64,000 nt of DNA from an uncultured Caulobacterales bacterium. Its GTDB lineage: Bacteria; Pseudomonadota; Alphaproteobacteria; Caulobacterales; Maricaulaceae. Under the pieces are notes generated by a model. The model made no database searches and had not been told where the DNA came from. It saw only the letters and a program-made list of their open reading frames with translations. The first letter of the stretch is position 1. Each line of letters opens with the position of its first letter. The DNA lies in assembly GCA_964534845.1 (NCBI GenBank), contig CAZHPV010000006.1:11140-75139 (forward strand). Direction: 5' to 3'. The position numbers and the translations under genes are program-made. Of this stretch, positions 30,218-39,412 are shown one piece after another.

Positions 30218-30598
30218 AACCCACGTTTAAAGCAGACCATTTGCACGTCAGAATAGGCGCAAGACCTTTTATTTTTGAAAAAATGTAGGCCAAGGAGATA
30301 TGAATCCCCACATCAAGACTCATCTTGGCCTACATCAATGCCTGTATTTGAAGAAAGATGAACGTAAGCTAAACGGTTTTTCAGAAAGGCATAACAAGCC
30401 TTAACTTATGTTTTGTATAGCCTTTTTTAGAGCCCTGTATTGGTTTTTTTGATTTTTACTATCAAATTTCATGGAAATTCCATGAGGCACTTCAATCGCG
30501 TATAAACCCTATTTGAGCCTATCGCTTGCGGGATTTCACTGCATCTACTATGATTTAGACATAAATGTGAGGCTGTTCTCATAACCGAGAGCGAGATA

Positions 30599-31426
30599 AT
30601 GTTGGAAAGCGTAGAAAAAGTTATGGAAATCGCGACGCCAGACCAAAGCGGTATTGAAATGCCAGAGAGTCCAGCACGGTCAAGACGCTATCGCCGCCGC
30701 CCGTTAAAAGCGTGGCGTCATTTTCGGAAACTTATTGCCAATAAGGAGGATACGGAACAGGTCTTCCATATTATACAGGCCCTAAACGGCAAAGCCGTGA
30801 TCAAGAAATTTACAGCTTTTAAGGCGTCCGAAGACGGACGCGAGCGCCTAAAGCAGAAACGTGACTTGCCTGCAATTCTGGATGATCATGCACGATGGGA
30901 AGCTCTCGAGCAGGGAACATTGGGGCGGGCTTATGTTGACTTTATGAAGCGCGAGGGTCTGACGGCTCAAGGCCTTGTTGATGAATATGAGGGCTTTGCC
31001 AGACAGAAGAATGAAGAGCTGGATCCGGACATTTTATGGTATGGTTGGCGGCTTCGCGACACACATGATCTGTGTCATGTTTTAACCGATTACGGGCGGG
31101 ATGCGATGGGCGAGGCCTGTGTGCTGAGTTTTAGCTATGGCCAAAATCGTGGTTTGGGCGTTATTTTTATTGCAATATTGGCGAGTTTTGAAATTCGCAA
31201 ACGCGCACCCAAGGGCGCACCGATTTTTCGGGCAATCTGGCAGGGCTTTAGTGTGGGCAATAAAGCGCGTAAAGTCGCGCGGCAGGATATTATTGCTTTG
31301 ATGGAAGAGCCGCTGGATGTGGTCCGCCAAAGACTCGGGATTAAGCCACCGAGCTATTACCCCCAAATACATGCGATGTTTCGGGCGCAGGGTGTTGATC
31401 CTTACGGCGTTAATGCGACCTCCTAA
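30599..31426 (+). CDS. Coq4-family (ubiquinone biosynthesis COQ4-like) protein
   Basis: 275 aa containing THDLCHVLTDYGRDAMGEAC, which is an exact HDxxH-x11-E match to the Coq4 zinc-motif pattern. Confidence 0.7.
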   Translation: MLESVEKVMEIATPDQSGIEMPESPARSRRYRRRPLKAWRHFRKLIANKEDTEQVFHIIQALNGKAVIKKFTAFKASEDGRERLKQKRDLPAILDDHARWEALEQGTLGRAYVDFMKREGLTAQGLVDEYEGFARQKNEELDPDILWYGWRLRDTHDLCHVLTDYGRDAMGEACVLSFSYGQNRGLGVIFIAILASFEIRKRAPKGAPIFRAIWQGFSVGNKARKVARQDIIALMEEPLDVVRQRLGIKPPSYYPQIHAMFRAQGVDPYGVNATS

Positions 31427-31452
31427 ATTAAGCCCCTAATGCGTGCCACCGT

Positions 31453-32787
31453 TTAAAGGCCGAGATCAACCATGAGATTGCCGATGGAATGGGTAAACCC
31501 ATTGGGCAAAATAGTTTGTTCCCCTGTCCAACATATATCGGGGAAACGTGATAAAATCTGGCTATAGGCGGCTTCGATCTGCATATTGGCAACACGTTGA
31601 CCCAGACAAACATGCGAACCTGTGCCAAAGGCAATATGGTCTTTTGCATTCGGGCGGTGAATATCAAAACTATCGGGATCTTTGAATATTTCGGGGTCCC
31701 GATTAGCCGCCCCGTAATAGAGTAGGACTTTTTCTCCCTTTGCGATTTTTTGCCCTCTGATTTCGCATGTTTGTGTCGCTGTTCGGCGCATATACATAAC
31801 AGGGGATACCATGCGCACGGCTTCATGCACCATATTGGGGATAAGGCCCGGATTGGCCAGTAATTGCTTTTTCTGGTCGGGAAAATCGTGCAATAGGCGC
31901 ATTGTACCGGATAGAGAATTGCGCGTTGTATCATTGCCCGCAATTATAATTAGCAGCCATGAACCGTCCAAATAGGCATCAGGCAGTTTAGCGCCGTTGA
32001 TTTCGACATTGGCAATAGCCGATAGGAGATCCTGTTTCGGGTTTTTGCGTTTTTCTTTTAAAATATGTTGGCCATATTCGAACATGTCCTGAACGCTGGT
32101 CATAAATTGCATAACCATTGCAGGATCAACCGTATTGATATTTATATCCTCTAACACATATTGTGCGAGTTCCAGCATATCCATCCATTCACGGATTTTT
32201 CCGCGGTCGCTCTCAGGCACGCCTAACATTTCACACAAGGTAAAAAGCGGGAGTTGCGAGGCAAAATTCTCGACAAAATCAATGACGGGGCCTTTTGTTT
32301 GCGCCTTATCCAGAAGATCAGAAACTTTCCGGTCAACCTTGATTTTCAGCTCTTTTACATAGCCCGGTGTGAAATAGGCCATATGTTCTCGGCGGAGCTG
32401 CATATGGTGCGGAGGGTCCAGACAAATCATTGTATCAAGTGACGCACTATGGATTTTGGGGTGATGGCGAATATCCCCGCTTTTGTAATAGCTCATTAAT
32501 ATGCCGCCCATTTGGGAGGAAAATTTGGTGTTATCGAGGCTCACCGAGCGCACATCATCATAGCGTGTGAGTGCCCAAAACCCTTCCATATTGGCCTTAT
32601 CCATAGGGTGCCACATAATGGGAGCCTCTTCGCGCATCGTTTTTAGGGCGTCAAAGGGTTGGCCGGCGGTAAAGCTCTTACTTATTGAGAGGTCTATGGG
32701 GGGTGTTAATTTATAGACTGGATCAAACTCGGGCTTTCTGGCCCCGCGGTCCTCTGCGTAATTTTCGCTTACCAGTTCAAGGGTCAC
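31453..32787 (-). CDS. Cytochrome P450, CYP153-like
   Basis: I-helix AGNDTTRNS, ExxR (EAVR) and the heme loop FGTGSHVCLG. I prefer the GTG at 32787, preceded by GGAG with a 6-nt spacing, over the track start at 32868. Confidence 0.88.
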   Translation of the reverse strand: MTLELVSENYAEDRGARKPEFDPVYKLTPPIDLSISKSFTAGQPFDALKTMREEAPIMWHPMDKANMEGFWALTRYDDVRSVSLDNTKFSSQMGGILMSYYKSGDIRHHPKIHSASLDTMICLDPPHHMQLRREHMAYFTPGYVKELKIKVDRKVSDLLDKAQTKGPVIDFVENFASQLPLFTLCEMLGVPESDRGKIREWMDMLELAQYVLEDININTVDPAMVMQFMTSVQDMFEYGQHILKEKRKNPKQDLLSAIANVEINGAKLPDAYLDGSWLLIIIAGNDTTRNSLSGTMRLLHDFPDQKKQLLANPGLIPNMVHEAVRMVSPVMYMRRTATQTCEIRGQKIAKGEKVLLYYGAANRDPEIFKDPDSFDIHRPNAKDHIAFGTGSHVCLGQRVANMQIEAAYSQILSRFPDICWTGEQTILPNGFTHSIGNLMVDLGL

Positions 32788-32942
32788 ATATGTCTCCGTT
32801 TTACGTGGGGTTTCGGGTGTTTTATGATGATGCCATCTTGTCTTATTTATATTTAAACACAAGCACACAAAATTGTAGAACCTGCAAATATAGATGCATA
32901 GCGACTATCCTTGTTTAGGTATAAAATCATTGCATTTTAGCA

Positions 32943-33803
32943 TTGGGGACATTAGGGCAGCCTATGACTGATTTTCAACGTCTATCCGGTTTGGGGCAGG
33001 TCGCCGATAATTATAACGCGCTCTTTTGCGATATTTGGGGTGTTGTCCATAATGGGCGCATTCCTTTTGCCGAAGCTATAGATGCGTTAGAGCGTTTTCG
33101 TTCGGAGCGCGGGCCTGTCATTTTGATTTCCAACTCGCCGCGCCCGTCCATTGCCATACCCTTACAATTTCGCCAAATTGGGATATTGGCTGAACCGTGG
33201 GATGCTATTGTGACCTCTGGTGACGCTATAATTGATGAACTCGCTCGCCGCGCGCCAGGTCCTGCTTTTAAACTCGGGCCGGAACGTGACGACGTATTAT
33301 ATGAAAATCTGGACCTGAATTTCAGCGATCTTGCAGACGCGCATTTTATTTCCTGTACCGGTCTTTTTAATGATGATGAGGAAACACCGGATGACTATAA
33401 GGCGCTTTTGCTTCAAGCGCGCGATCTGGGTTTGCCTCTTATATGTGCCAACCCAGATATTAAGGTGAAACGGGGCGATAAAATAATTTTTTGCGGAGGC
33501 GCTATTGCTCAACTTTACGAAAAGCTGGGCGGAGAGGTGATCCATGCCGGTAAGCCACATCCGCCTATTTACCGGCTTTGCCGCGCATGGCTTGCAGAAA
33601 TTTTAGGATATAATCTGGCATCTGACAGGATATTGGCGATTGGCGATAATATCTTCACAGACCTGTTAGGCGCGCAACAAGAAGACCTAGACTGCCTGTT
33701 TATCGCTGACGGTGTACACTCTGATAAAGCCGAACAATTAAAGGCATTATTAGTTGAGCATAAAATACAGGCACGCTATATGTCTTCCATGCTGTCATGG
33801 TAA
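32943..33803 (+). CDS. HAD-superfamily subfamily IIA hydrolase
   Basis: Motif I FCDIWGVVHNG, plus ISNSPR and a C-terminal IGDNIFTDLLGA. The start may be the ATG at 32964. Confidence 0.8.
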   Translation: MGTLGQPMTDFQRLSGLGQVADNYNALFCDIWGVVHNGRIPFAEAIDALERFRSERGPVILISNSPRPSIAIPLQFRQIGILAEPWDAIVTSGDAIIDELARRAPGPAFKLGPERDDVLYENLDLNFSDLADAHFISCTGLFNDDEETPDDYKALLLQARDLGLPLICANPDIKVKRGDKIIFCGGAIAQLYEKLGGEVIHAGKPHPPIYRLCRAWLAEILGYNLASDRILAIGDNIFTDLLGAQQEDLDCLFIADGVHSDKAEQLKALLVEHKIQARYMSSMLSW

Positions 33804-33834
33804 TGTGTGATCGATTGGGATACGGAAAAGGGTA

Positions 33835-34272
33835 ATGGCTGAAACAGTTAAATATTATCTGGAAGATCTTGAAGTGGGTATGGAAGCCACCACTGAAATG
33901 ATCATTACCGGCGAAAAAATAGATGCTTTTGCGGATATTATTGGCGATCACAATCCTATCCATGTCGACGCGGAATTTGCCAAGACAACCCAGTTTGGAC
34001 AACGTATCGCGCATGGTGCGCTTTCGGCTTCTCTGATTTCGGCGGTATTGGGCAATGATCTGCCTGGGCCTGGGGCTGTTTTTGTCGAGCTGAATTTACG
34101 GTTTCGTCGTCCGGCCTTTATTGGCGATAGAGTGATAGCCGTGGCAAAAGTAGCCGAGATTAATCCGCGAAACGGACGCGTAAAGATGAAATGCTATTGT
34201 GAGGTCAATGGTAAGCAGATTTGTCGCGGTGATGCGGGTGTTGTGGTGAAGAAACGCCCTGCGAGTGAATAA
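33835..34272 (+). CDS. MaoC-like (R)-specific enoyl-CoA hydratase/dehydratase
   Basis: Hot-dog fold motif GDHNPIHVDAEFAKTTQFGQRIAHGAL. Confidence 0.85.
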   Translation: MAETVKYYLEDLEVGMEATTEMIITGEKIDAFADIIGDHNPIHVDAEFAKTTQFGQRIAHGALSASLISAVLGNDLPGPGAVFVELNLRFRRPAFIGDRVIAVAKVAEINPRNGRVKMKCYCEVNGKQICRGDAGVVVKKRPASE

Positions 34273-34286
34273 GCGGCCCCCGTCTT

Positions 34287-35219
34287 GTGAAGACCCTCCA
34301 GACCTATAAGGACCTTAAGCCATCAGAAAAGGGCGCGGTGATAGCGCTTGGTAATTTTGACGGTTTGCACAGGGGACATCAGGCAGTTATTTCGCAAGCG
34401 CGGAGTTTAGCTGATGATTTGGGTGCGCCTTTGGGCATCGGGCTTTTCAGGCCGCATCCCTATAGATTTTTTAAACCCGATGCGCCCCCGTTCCGTCTCA
34501 TGAGTGCAGAAATAAGAGAGCGGATAATGCCAAGCCTCGGTGTGGATTTTCTCTATGAAATTCCCTTTAACGATGATCTGCGCGAAATGGATGATACGCA
34601 ATTTGTCGAAACGGTTTTGCATCAGGGTCTGGGGATAGTGCATGTCGTTGTAGGTAAGGATTACGGATTTGGAAAAAATCGCTGCGGGACTGTCGAGAGC
34701 CTGACGCGGCTCTGCGCAGAACGCGGCATAGGCATTAATACCCTTGAGCTGGTCGGATTGCACCGTTTTTACGGTAAATATGGCAGCACAGATATTCGCA
34801 AGGCGTTAGAGCAGGGTGATGTCTTTCACGCCGCCCATATGCTTTCGCGCCCGTGGTGCGTAGGGGGTCTGGTACAAAAAGGGGAGCAGCGCGGACGTAC
34901 AATTAACTTCCCGACAGCCAATCTCGATTTTGCTGACCTCATCCGGCCAAAATTCGGTGTGTATGCTGTGGAAGTCCGTCTTGCTGACGGCACGCATAAA
35001 TACGGCGTGGCCAATACGGGTAATAGGCCAACAGTCGGCGGAGAACAGGCGCGGCTCGAAGTCCATATTTTTGATTTTGACGCGGACATTTATGGACAAT
35101 ATTTAGAGGTTGATTTCCGGTGCTTTATTCGAGCCGAACAAAAATTTGAGAACTTCGAGGCCCTTAAAGAGCAGATTGCCAAGGACGCCCTTAGCGCACG
35201 TGCCATATTTTCTTTGTAG
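34287..35219 (+). CDS. ribF: Bifunctional riboflavin kinase / FAD synthetase
   Basis: 310 aa with GNFDGLHRGHQ and the kinase motif GRTINFPTANL. GTG start. Confidence 0.93.
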   Translation: MKTLQTYKDLKPSEKGAVIALGNFDGLHRGHQAVISQARSLADDLGAPLGIGLFRPHPYRFFKPDAPPFRLMSAEIRERIMPSLGVDFLYEIPFNDDLREMDDTQFVETVLHQGLGIVHVVVGKDYGFGKNRCGTVESLTRLCAERGIGINTLELVGLHRFYGKYGSTDIRKALEQGDVFHAAHMLSRPWCVGGLVQKGEQRGRTINFPTANLDFADLIRPKFGVYAVEVRLADGTHKYGVANTGNRPTVGGEQARLEVHIFDFDADIYGQYLEVDFRCFIRAEQKFENFEALKEQIAKDALSARAIFSL

Positions 35220-35307
35220 CGTTAAGGGCGCGGGAATTAGGCTATATTATGAAGGCTCGACTTTGCTGATCATGAAATCTACGATTTTACCGGAATGATA
35301 ACCCGGA

Positions 35308-36582
35308 TTATTTCAAGGCGTGATGGGCAATATCGCGCCGGCAAAACCCTTCCGGCCAGTCAATATCTTCATCAATCGCCGTGTAAGCGATATTTACAGC
35401 CTTTTTAAGGCTTCCCGCTTTGGCGGTAATATTTAGAACCCGACCACCTGAGGCACATAGGGCTCCAGCCTCATTGCGGCGCGTACCAGCGTGAAAAATG
35501 ACGACATCCTCGCGCGTATTCGCCTTTTCAATTCCGCTAATTTCAGACCCTTTTTTATAAGTCCCCGGATAGCCTTTAGTGGCCATGACGACATTGATAA
35601 CCGGCTTTTTATCCCAGACAGGCGCTTCGAGCTTATCCAGTTTTTGCTCTATAGCGGCTTGGAAAATTTCGACGATATCTGTCTCGAGGCGGCGCATCAG
35701 GACCTGACATTCCGGATCGCCAAACCGGCAATTATATTCGATAAGCTTGGGGCCGTCCTGCGTCATCATCAAGCCGGCAAATAGGACACCTATAAAGGGG
35801 GTGCCATCTTTTGCCATGCCGTCAATTGTCGGTTGGATGATAGTTTTAAGCACTTTGTTCGTCTCTCTTTTCCCAAATATCGGCGCAGGTGAATAGGCAC
35901 CCATACCCCCTGTATTGGGCCCCTTATCACCATCATAAGCCCGTTTGTGATCTTGGGCTCCAATCAAGGGGAGGGCGGTTTTACCGTCTGAAATTGCGAA
36001 AAAACTAACCTCTTGGCCTTGCATAAATTCTTCAATGACGACCTGCTCGCTGGCCTTGCCAAATTTGCCGGAGAAAAAGGCTTTTAGCTCCGCATTCGCC
36101 GTTTTTAAGTCCTCGGCGATCACCACACCTTTTCCGGCGGCCAGACCGTCAGCCTTTATGACATAAGGCGGGGTCATTGTTTTGAGGAAGGCCTTGGCGG
36201 GTTTGATGTCGCTAAAGACACCGTAATCTGCCGTTGGAATATTATAGCGTTTGCAAAAATCCTTGGTAAAGGCTTTGGAGCTTTCAAGCTGGGCGGCGGC
36301 CTGGGTCGGGCCGAAAGCTTTTACTCCTATTTTCGTGAGCTCATCAACCAGCCCTAAAGCCAAGGGCTGTTCCGGGCCGACAATTACAAGGTCAAATCCG
36401 TCGCGGCGCACTAAGGCGATAAGCCCGGTAATGTCATCGGCGGCGATATCAACACAGCCTGCGATTTCGGCCATTCCGGCATTGCCGGGCGCGCATATCA
36501 GCGTCTCGACATTTTTATTTTGCAGGATTTTCCAAGCGAGGGCATGTTCGCGCCCGCCAGAGCCTATCAACAAGACTTTCAT
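35308..36582 (-). CDS. purD: Phosphoribosylamine-glycine ligase
   Basis: 424 aa with MKVLLIGSGGREHALAWK... and an ATP-grasp core. Confidence 0.96.
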   Translation of the reverse strand: MKVLLIGSGGREHALAWKILQNKNVETLICAPGNAGMAEIAGCVDIAADDITGLIALVRRDGFDLVIVGPEQPLALGLVDELTKIGVKAFGPTQAAAQLESSKAFTKDFCKRYNIPTADYGVFSDIKPAKAFLKTMTPPYVIKADGLAAGKGVVIAEDLKTANAELKAFFSGKFGKASEQVVIEEFMQGQEVSFFAISDGKTALPLIGAQDHKRAYDGDKGPNTGGMGAYSPAPIFGKRETNKVLKTIIQPTIDGMAKDGTPFIGVLFAGLMMTQDGPKLIEYNCRFGDPECQVLMRRLETDIVEIFQAAIEQKLDKLEAPVWDKKPVINVVMATKGYPGTYKKGSEISGIEKANTREDVVIFHAGTRRNEAGALCASGGRVLNITAKAGSLKKAVNIAYTAIDEDIDWPEGFCRRDIAHHALK

Positions 36583-36702
36583 AATTTGTCCTAATCTGTG
36601 ATTCCTTGCGGCGAGTTTTAGTCTATAACCGAAGACGAATCCAATATGAAAGCGGAAATAAAGCTCCGTTTCACGATCAGATAAGAGGAAAAGGCCATAT
36701 AT

Positions 36703-38217
36703 GTGTCAGGTGACAGGGTGATAGAAAATTCCAAGCCGGAAAACGCAGCATCTTTGACGAATGTGCATGAGTTTACCGTTTCTGAATTGGCCAATGATTT
36801 AAAGCGCACTATCGAGCGGACTTACGGCCATGTCCGCGTGCGCGGGGAGTTGGGACGTGTGACCATTGCAAAGTCCGGCCATTGCTATTTGGACGTTAAG
36901 GACGACAAGGCCGTGATTAATTCCATCATTTGGAAAGGGGTTATGGGCCGCCTGAGCATGCGTCCGGAAGAGGGTATGGAGGTCATTTGCGAAGGCAAGC
37001 TGTCAAGCTATCCTGGACGATCAAATTACCAGCTTATTATTGATAAAATGGAGCTGGCGGGTGCGGGTGCACTCATGGCGCTATTTGAGAAGCGCAAGAA
37101 AATGCTGGCAGCTGAGGGTCTGTTTGATCAAGACCGTAAGCGTGAGCTGCCCTTTTTGCCAAAAACGATTGGCGTTGTCACATCTCCGACAGGGTCGGTT
37201 ATTCGCGATATTCTCCACCGCATTTCGGACCGTTTTCCTTCTCATGTCGTTGTGTGGCCGGTTTTGGTACAGGGCGAGAAAGCTGCCGATCAGATTGCTG
37301 CGGCGATTACCGGATTTAATCATGCGCATAAAGACGGCGGGTTTCCTAAACCCGATGTTCTTATTGTGGCTCGCGGGGGTGGGTCGATGGAAGATTTGTG
37401 GTGTTTTAACGAGGAGCGTGTCGCGCGGGCGGCGGCGGCCTCGGATATCCCGATAATTTCCGCGATCGGGCATGAGACGGACTGGACACTTATCGACTTT
37501 GTGGTCGATTACCGCGCTCCCACACCGACAGGTGCAGCCGAAGTGGCAGTGCCTGTTCTTGCTGATTATTTAGTGACTGTACAGGATTACGGTGTGCGCC
37601 TGTCTCGGGGTTTAACTCGAAATTTGGGTGAAAAACGAGCCGGGCTAACAGCGGCAAAAATGCCCAAGCTTGAAGCGGTCTTAGCGCCTCCAAGACAGAG
37701 GCTTGATCTGGCTCGCCTGCCAAACCCGGAGCTATTATTAGCTCCGAAAATTCAAAAATTGGCACTGATGAGCGCCCGGATTCCGGCTTTGGGTCAATTG
37801 TTAAACCAGCCGCAAAACCGTCTAAACCTGCTGTCGGCACGCTTGCGTCCTGATACTCTCAAGACAAGAACCCGGCACCATTCTGAAAAGCTTAGCGCAG
37901 TGTCTGGCCGGGCCCGCCAAGCGATTGAACGTAAATTGAGTGCGCAAACAGACAGGCTGGTGCGAGCATCGGCTTTGCTGGAGGCTTATAGCTATCAAGG
38001 CGTTCTGGCGCGAGGCTATGCTCTTGTGACGACGGGTGAGGGTGAGCTTGTTCGCACGTCAAAATCTCTTAAATCCGGCCAAGAGGTCACGCTGAGCTTT
38101 CATGACGGTACGCAACAGGCGGTTATTAATGACGGCGCAAAGTCGCCGCGGCCCGTGCGTTCAAAAAAGGCCAAGCCATCTGGTAGCGGTAAGAAAATAC
38201 AGCCTGACCTCTTTTGA
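36703..38217 (+). CDS. xseA: Exodeoxyribonuclease VII large subunit
   Basis: 504 aa with FTVSELANDLKRTIE...VRVRGELG and GVVTSPTGSVIRDI. The exact start codon is uncertain. Confidence 0.92.
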   Translation: MSGDRVIENSKPENAASLTNVHEFTVSELANDLKRTIERTYGHVRVRGELGRVTIAKSGHCYLDVKDDKAVINSIIWKGVMGRLSMRPEEGMEVICEGKLSSYPGRSNYQLIIDKMELAGAGALMALFEKRKKMLAAEGLFDQDRKRELPFLPKTIGVVTSPTGSVIRDILHRISDRFPSHVVVWPVLVQGEKAADQIAAAITGFNHAHKDGGFPKPDVLIVARGGGSMEDLWCFNEERVARAAAASDIPIISAIGHETDWTLIDFVVDYRAPTPTGAAEVAVPVLADYLVTVQDYGVRLSRGLTRNLGEKRAGLTAAKMPKLEAVLAPPRQRLDLARLPNPELLLAPKIQKLALMSARIPALGQLLNQPQNRLNLLSARLRPDTLKTRTRHHSEKLSAVSGRARQAIERKLSAQTDRLVRASALLEAYSYQGVLARGYALVTTGEGELVRTSKSLKSGQEVTLSFHDGTQQAVINDGAKSPRPVRSKKAKPSGSGKKIQPDLF

Positions 38218-38266
38218 TTTGGCGCGGGGCGCGCTATGTATGATTTAAGATATTGATAGGTATGCT

Positions 38267-38473
38267 ATGACGAATTTTTTAAAAGGTGAGGCCAAAATCC
38301 ATTTTGGGGATAGTGACTTTACCATCATGGAAATGGGCGATTTTATAAAATGTGCCAGTACGGGTGAGGCTATTCCGCTTGACCGTCTGCGCTATTGGAG
38401 TGCGGAGCGCCAAGAAGCCTATAAAGATGCGGCGGCCTCGCTCGCGGCGTGGAAAAAGGCTAACCCATCTTGA
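38267..38473 (+). CDS. Small conserved protein, DUF2093-like
   Basis: 68 aa with FIKCASTGEAIPLDRLRYWSAERQEAY. The family assignment is from memory only. Confidence 0.55.
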   Translation: MTNFLKGEAKIHFGDSDFTIMEMGDFIKCASTGEAIPLDRLRYWSAERQEAYKDAAASLAAWKKANPS

Positions 38474-39411
38474 GAGGGCTTGCGCTGATATTGGGCTTTT
38501 TGTTATCTGCCTGCTCGGTTCAGTCAGAGGTCGAGGCTCAAATTGATCGTCAGGTCAATCGCTCAAATAGCGCTGAGCCTGAAGCGTTAGAAAATACGCC
38601 TGCAGCCGCCCCCGTTTTTCAGGAAAAGCGCTCTATAATAACATGCCAAGGCATAATCCAACAGGGCGGTGCGGTACTGTGCCAAACCCTGCCTAATGCC
38701 AAGGTCAAAATCGCGCGCTCCGAGACTGATTTCTATTTTGAAAATGCGGATGCAGAGGGACGGCTTATTGTCGGTTTTGACCGTGATGAAAAATCTAATT
38801 TTATCGAGACGCAGGGCGAACGTATCAGTTTTGATCTCGAGGCGAGAGACTATGATATTTCGCGTATTGACGGCCTGCCGCCTTCGCAAGTTTCCACTTT
38901 TACTGAGGCTCAACTAAAGAAAATTCGGTCTGCGTCGGCGCGAAAGAAAGTCGGCTTTGCGTCGCGTTCTGATGTTCTGGGATTTAAAAACGGCTTTATC
39001 TATCCGGTAAAAGACTACACCAAAACAACCAATTTTGGCGCCCAACGTATTTTAAACGGTGAAGAAAAACGGCCACATTACGGTGTAGATTTGGCTGCCG
39101 CGAAGGGGACCCCGATTTACGCGCCAGCGGACGGGATTGTGAGTCTGGCCGATGATGATTTGTATTTCGAAGGCGCGATGGTTTTGCTTGATCACGGGCA
39201 GGGTTTAATTTCCATGTATCTGCACACGGACGAAATATTGGTCAAGCCGGGCCAAAGCGTAAAGCAGGGCGAGCAAATCGCCACGGTCGGGACCCGGGGC
39301 CGTTCGACAGGCCCGCATTTATGCTGGCGTCTTAAATGGCGCAACCGTAATCTTGACCCAGAGCTTTTAACACATTGGCCACGTGATGAGGGGCCACGTG
39401 ATGCGCATTAA
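38470..39411 (+). CDS. M23-family metallopeptidase lipoprotein
   Basis: Lipobox LLSAC, plus HYGVDLAA...GTPIYAPADG...HLCWRL (LytM-type motifs). The TTG start overlaps the upstream stop codon. Confidence 0.85.
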   Translation: MRGLALILGFLLSACSVQSEVEAQIDRQVNRSNSAEPEALENTPAAAPVFQEKRSIITCQGIIQQGGAVLCQTLPNAKVKIARSETDFYFENADAEGRLIVGFDRDEKSNFIETQGERISFDLEARDYDISRIDGLPPSQVSTFTEAQLKKIRSASARKKVGFASRSDVLGFKNGFIYPVKDYTKTTNFGAQRILNGEEKRPHYGVDLAAAKGTPIYAPADGIVSLADDDLYFEGAMVLLDHGQGLISMYLHTDEILVKPGQSVKQGEQIATVGTRGRSTGPHLCWRLKWRNRNLDPELLTHWPRDEGPRDAH

Positions 39412-39412
39412 G

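Noticed and set aside
30300-30404. 34-codon ORF (MNPHIKTHLGL...) preceded by AAGGAG inside the 30283-30335 hairpin
   Set aside because: The Shine-Dalgarno-to-ATG spacing is only 2 nt, and the ORF shows no conservation signal that I can judge.
31428-31943. 171-aa minus-strand ORF
   Set aside because: It is an alternative frame within the P450 gene.
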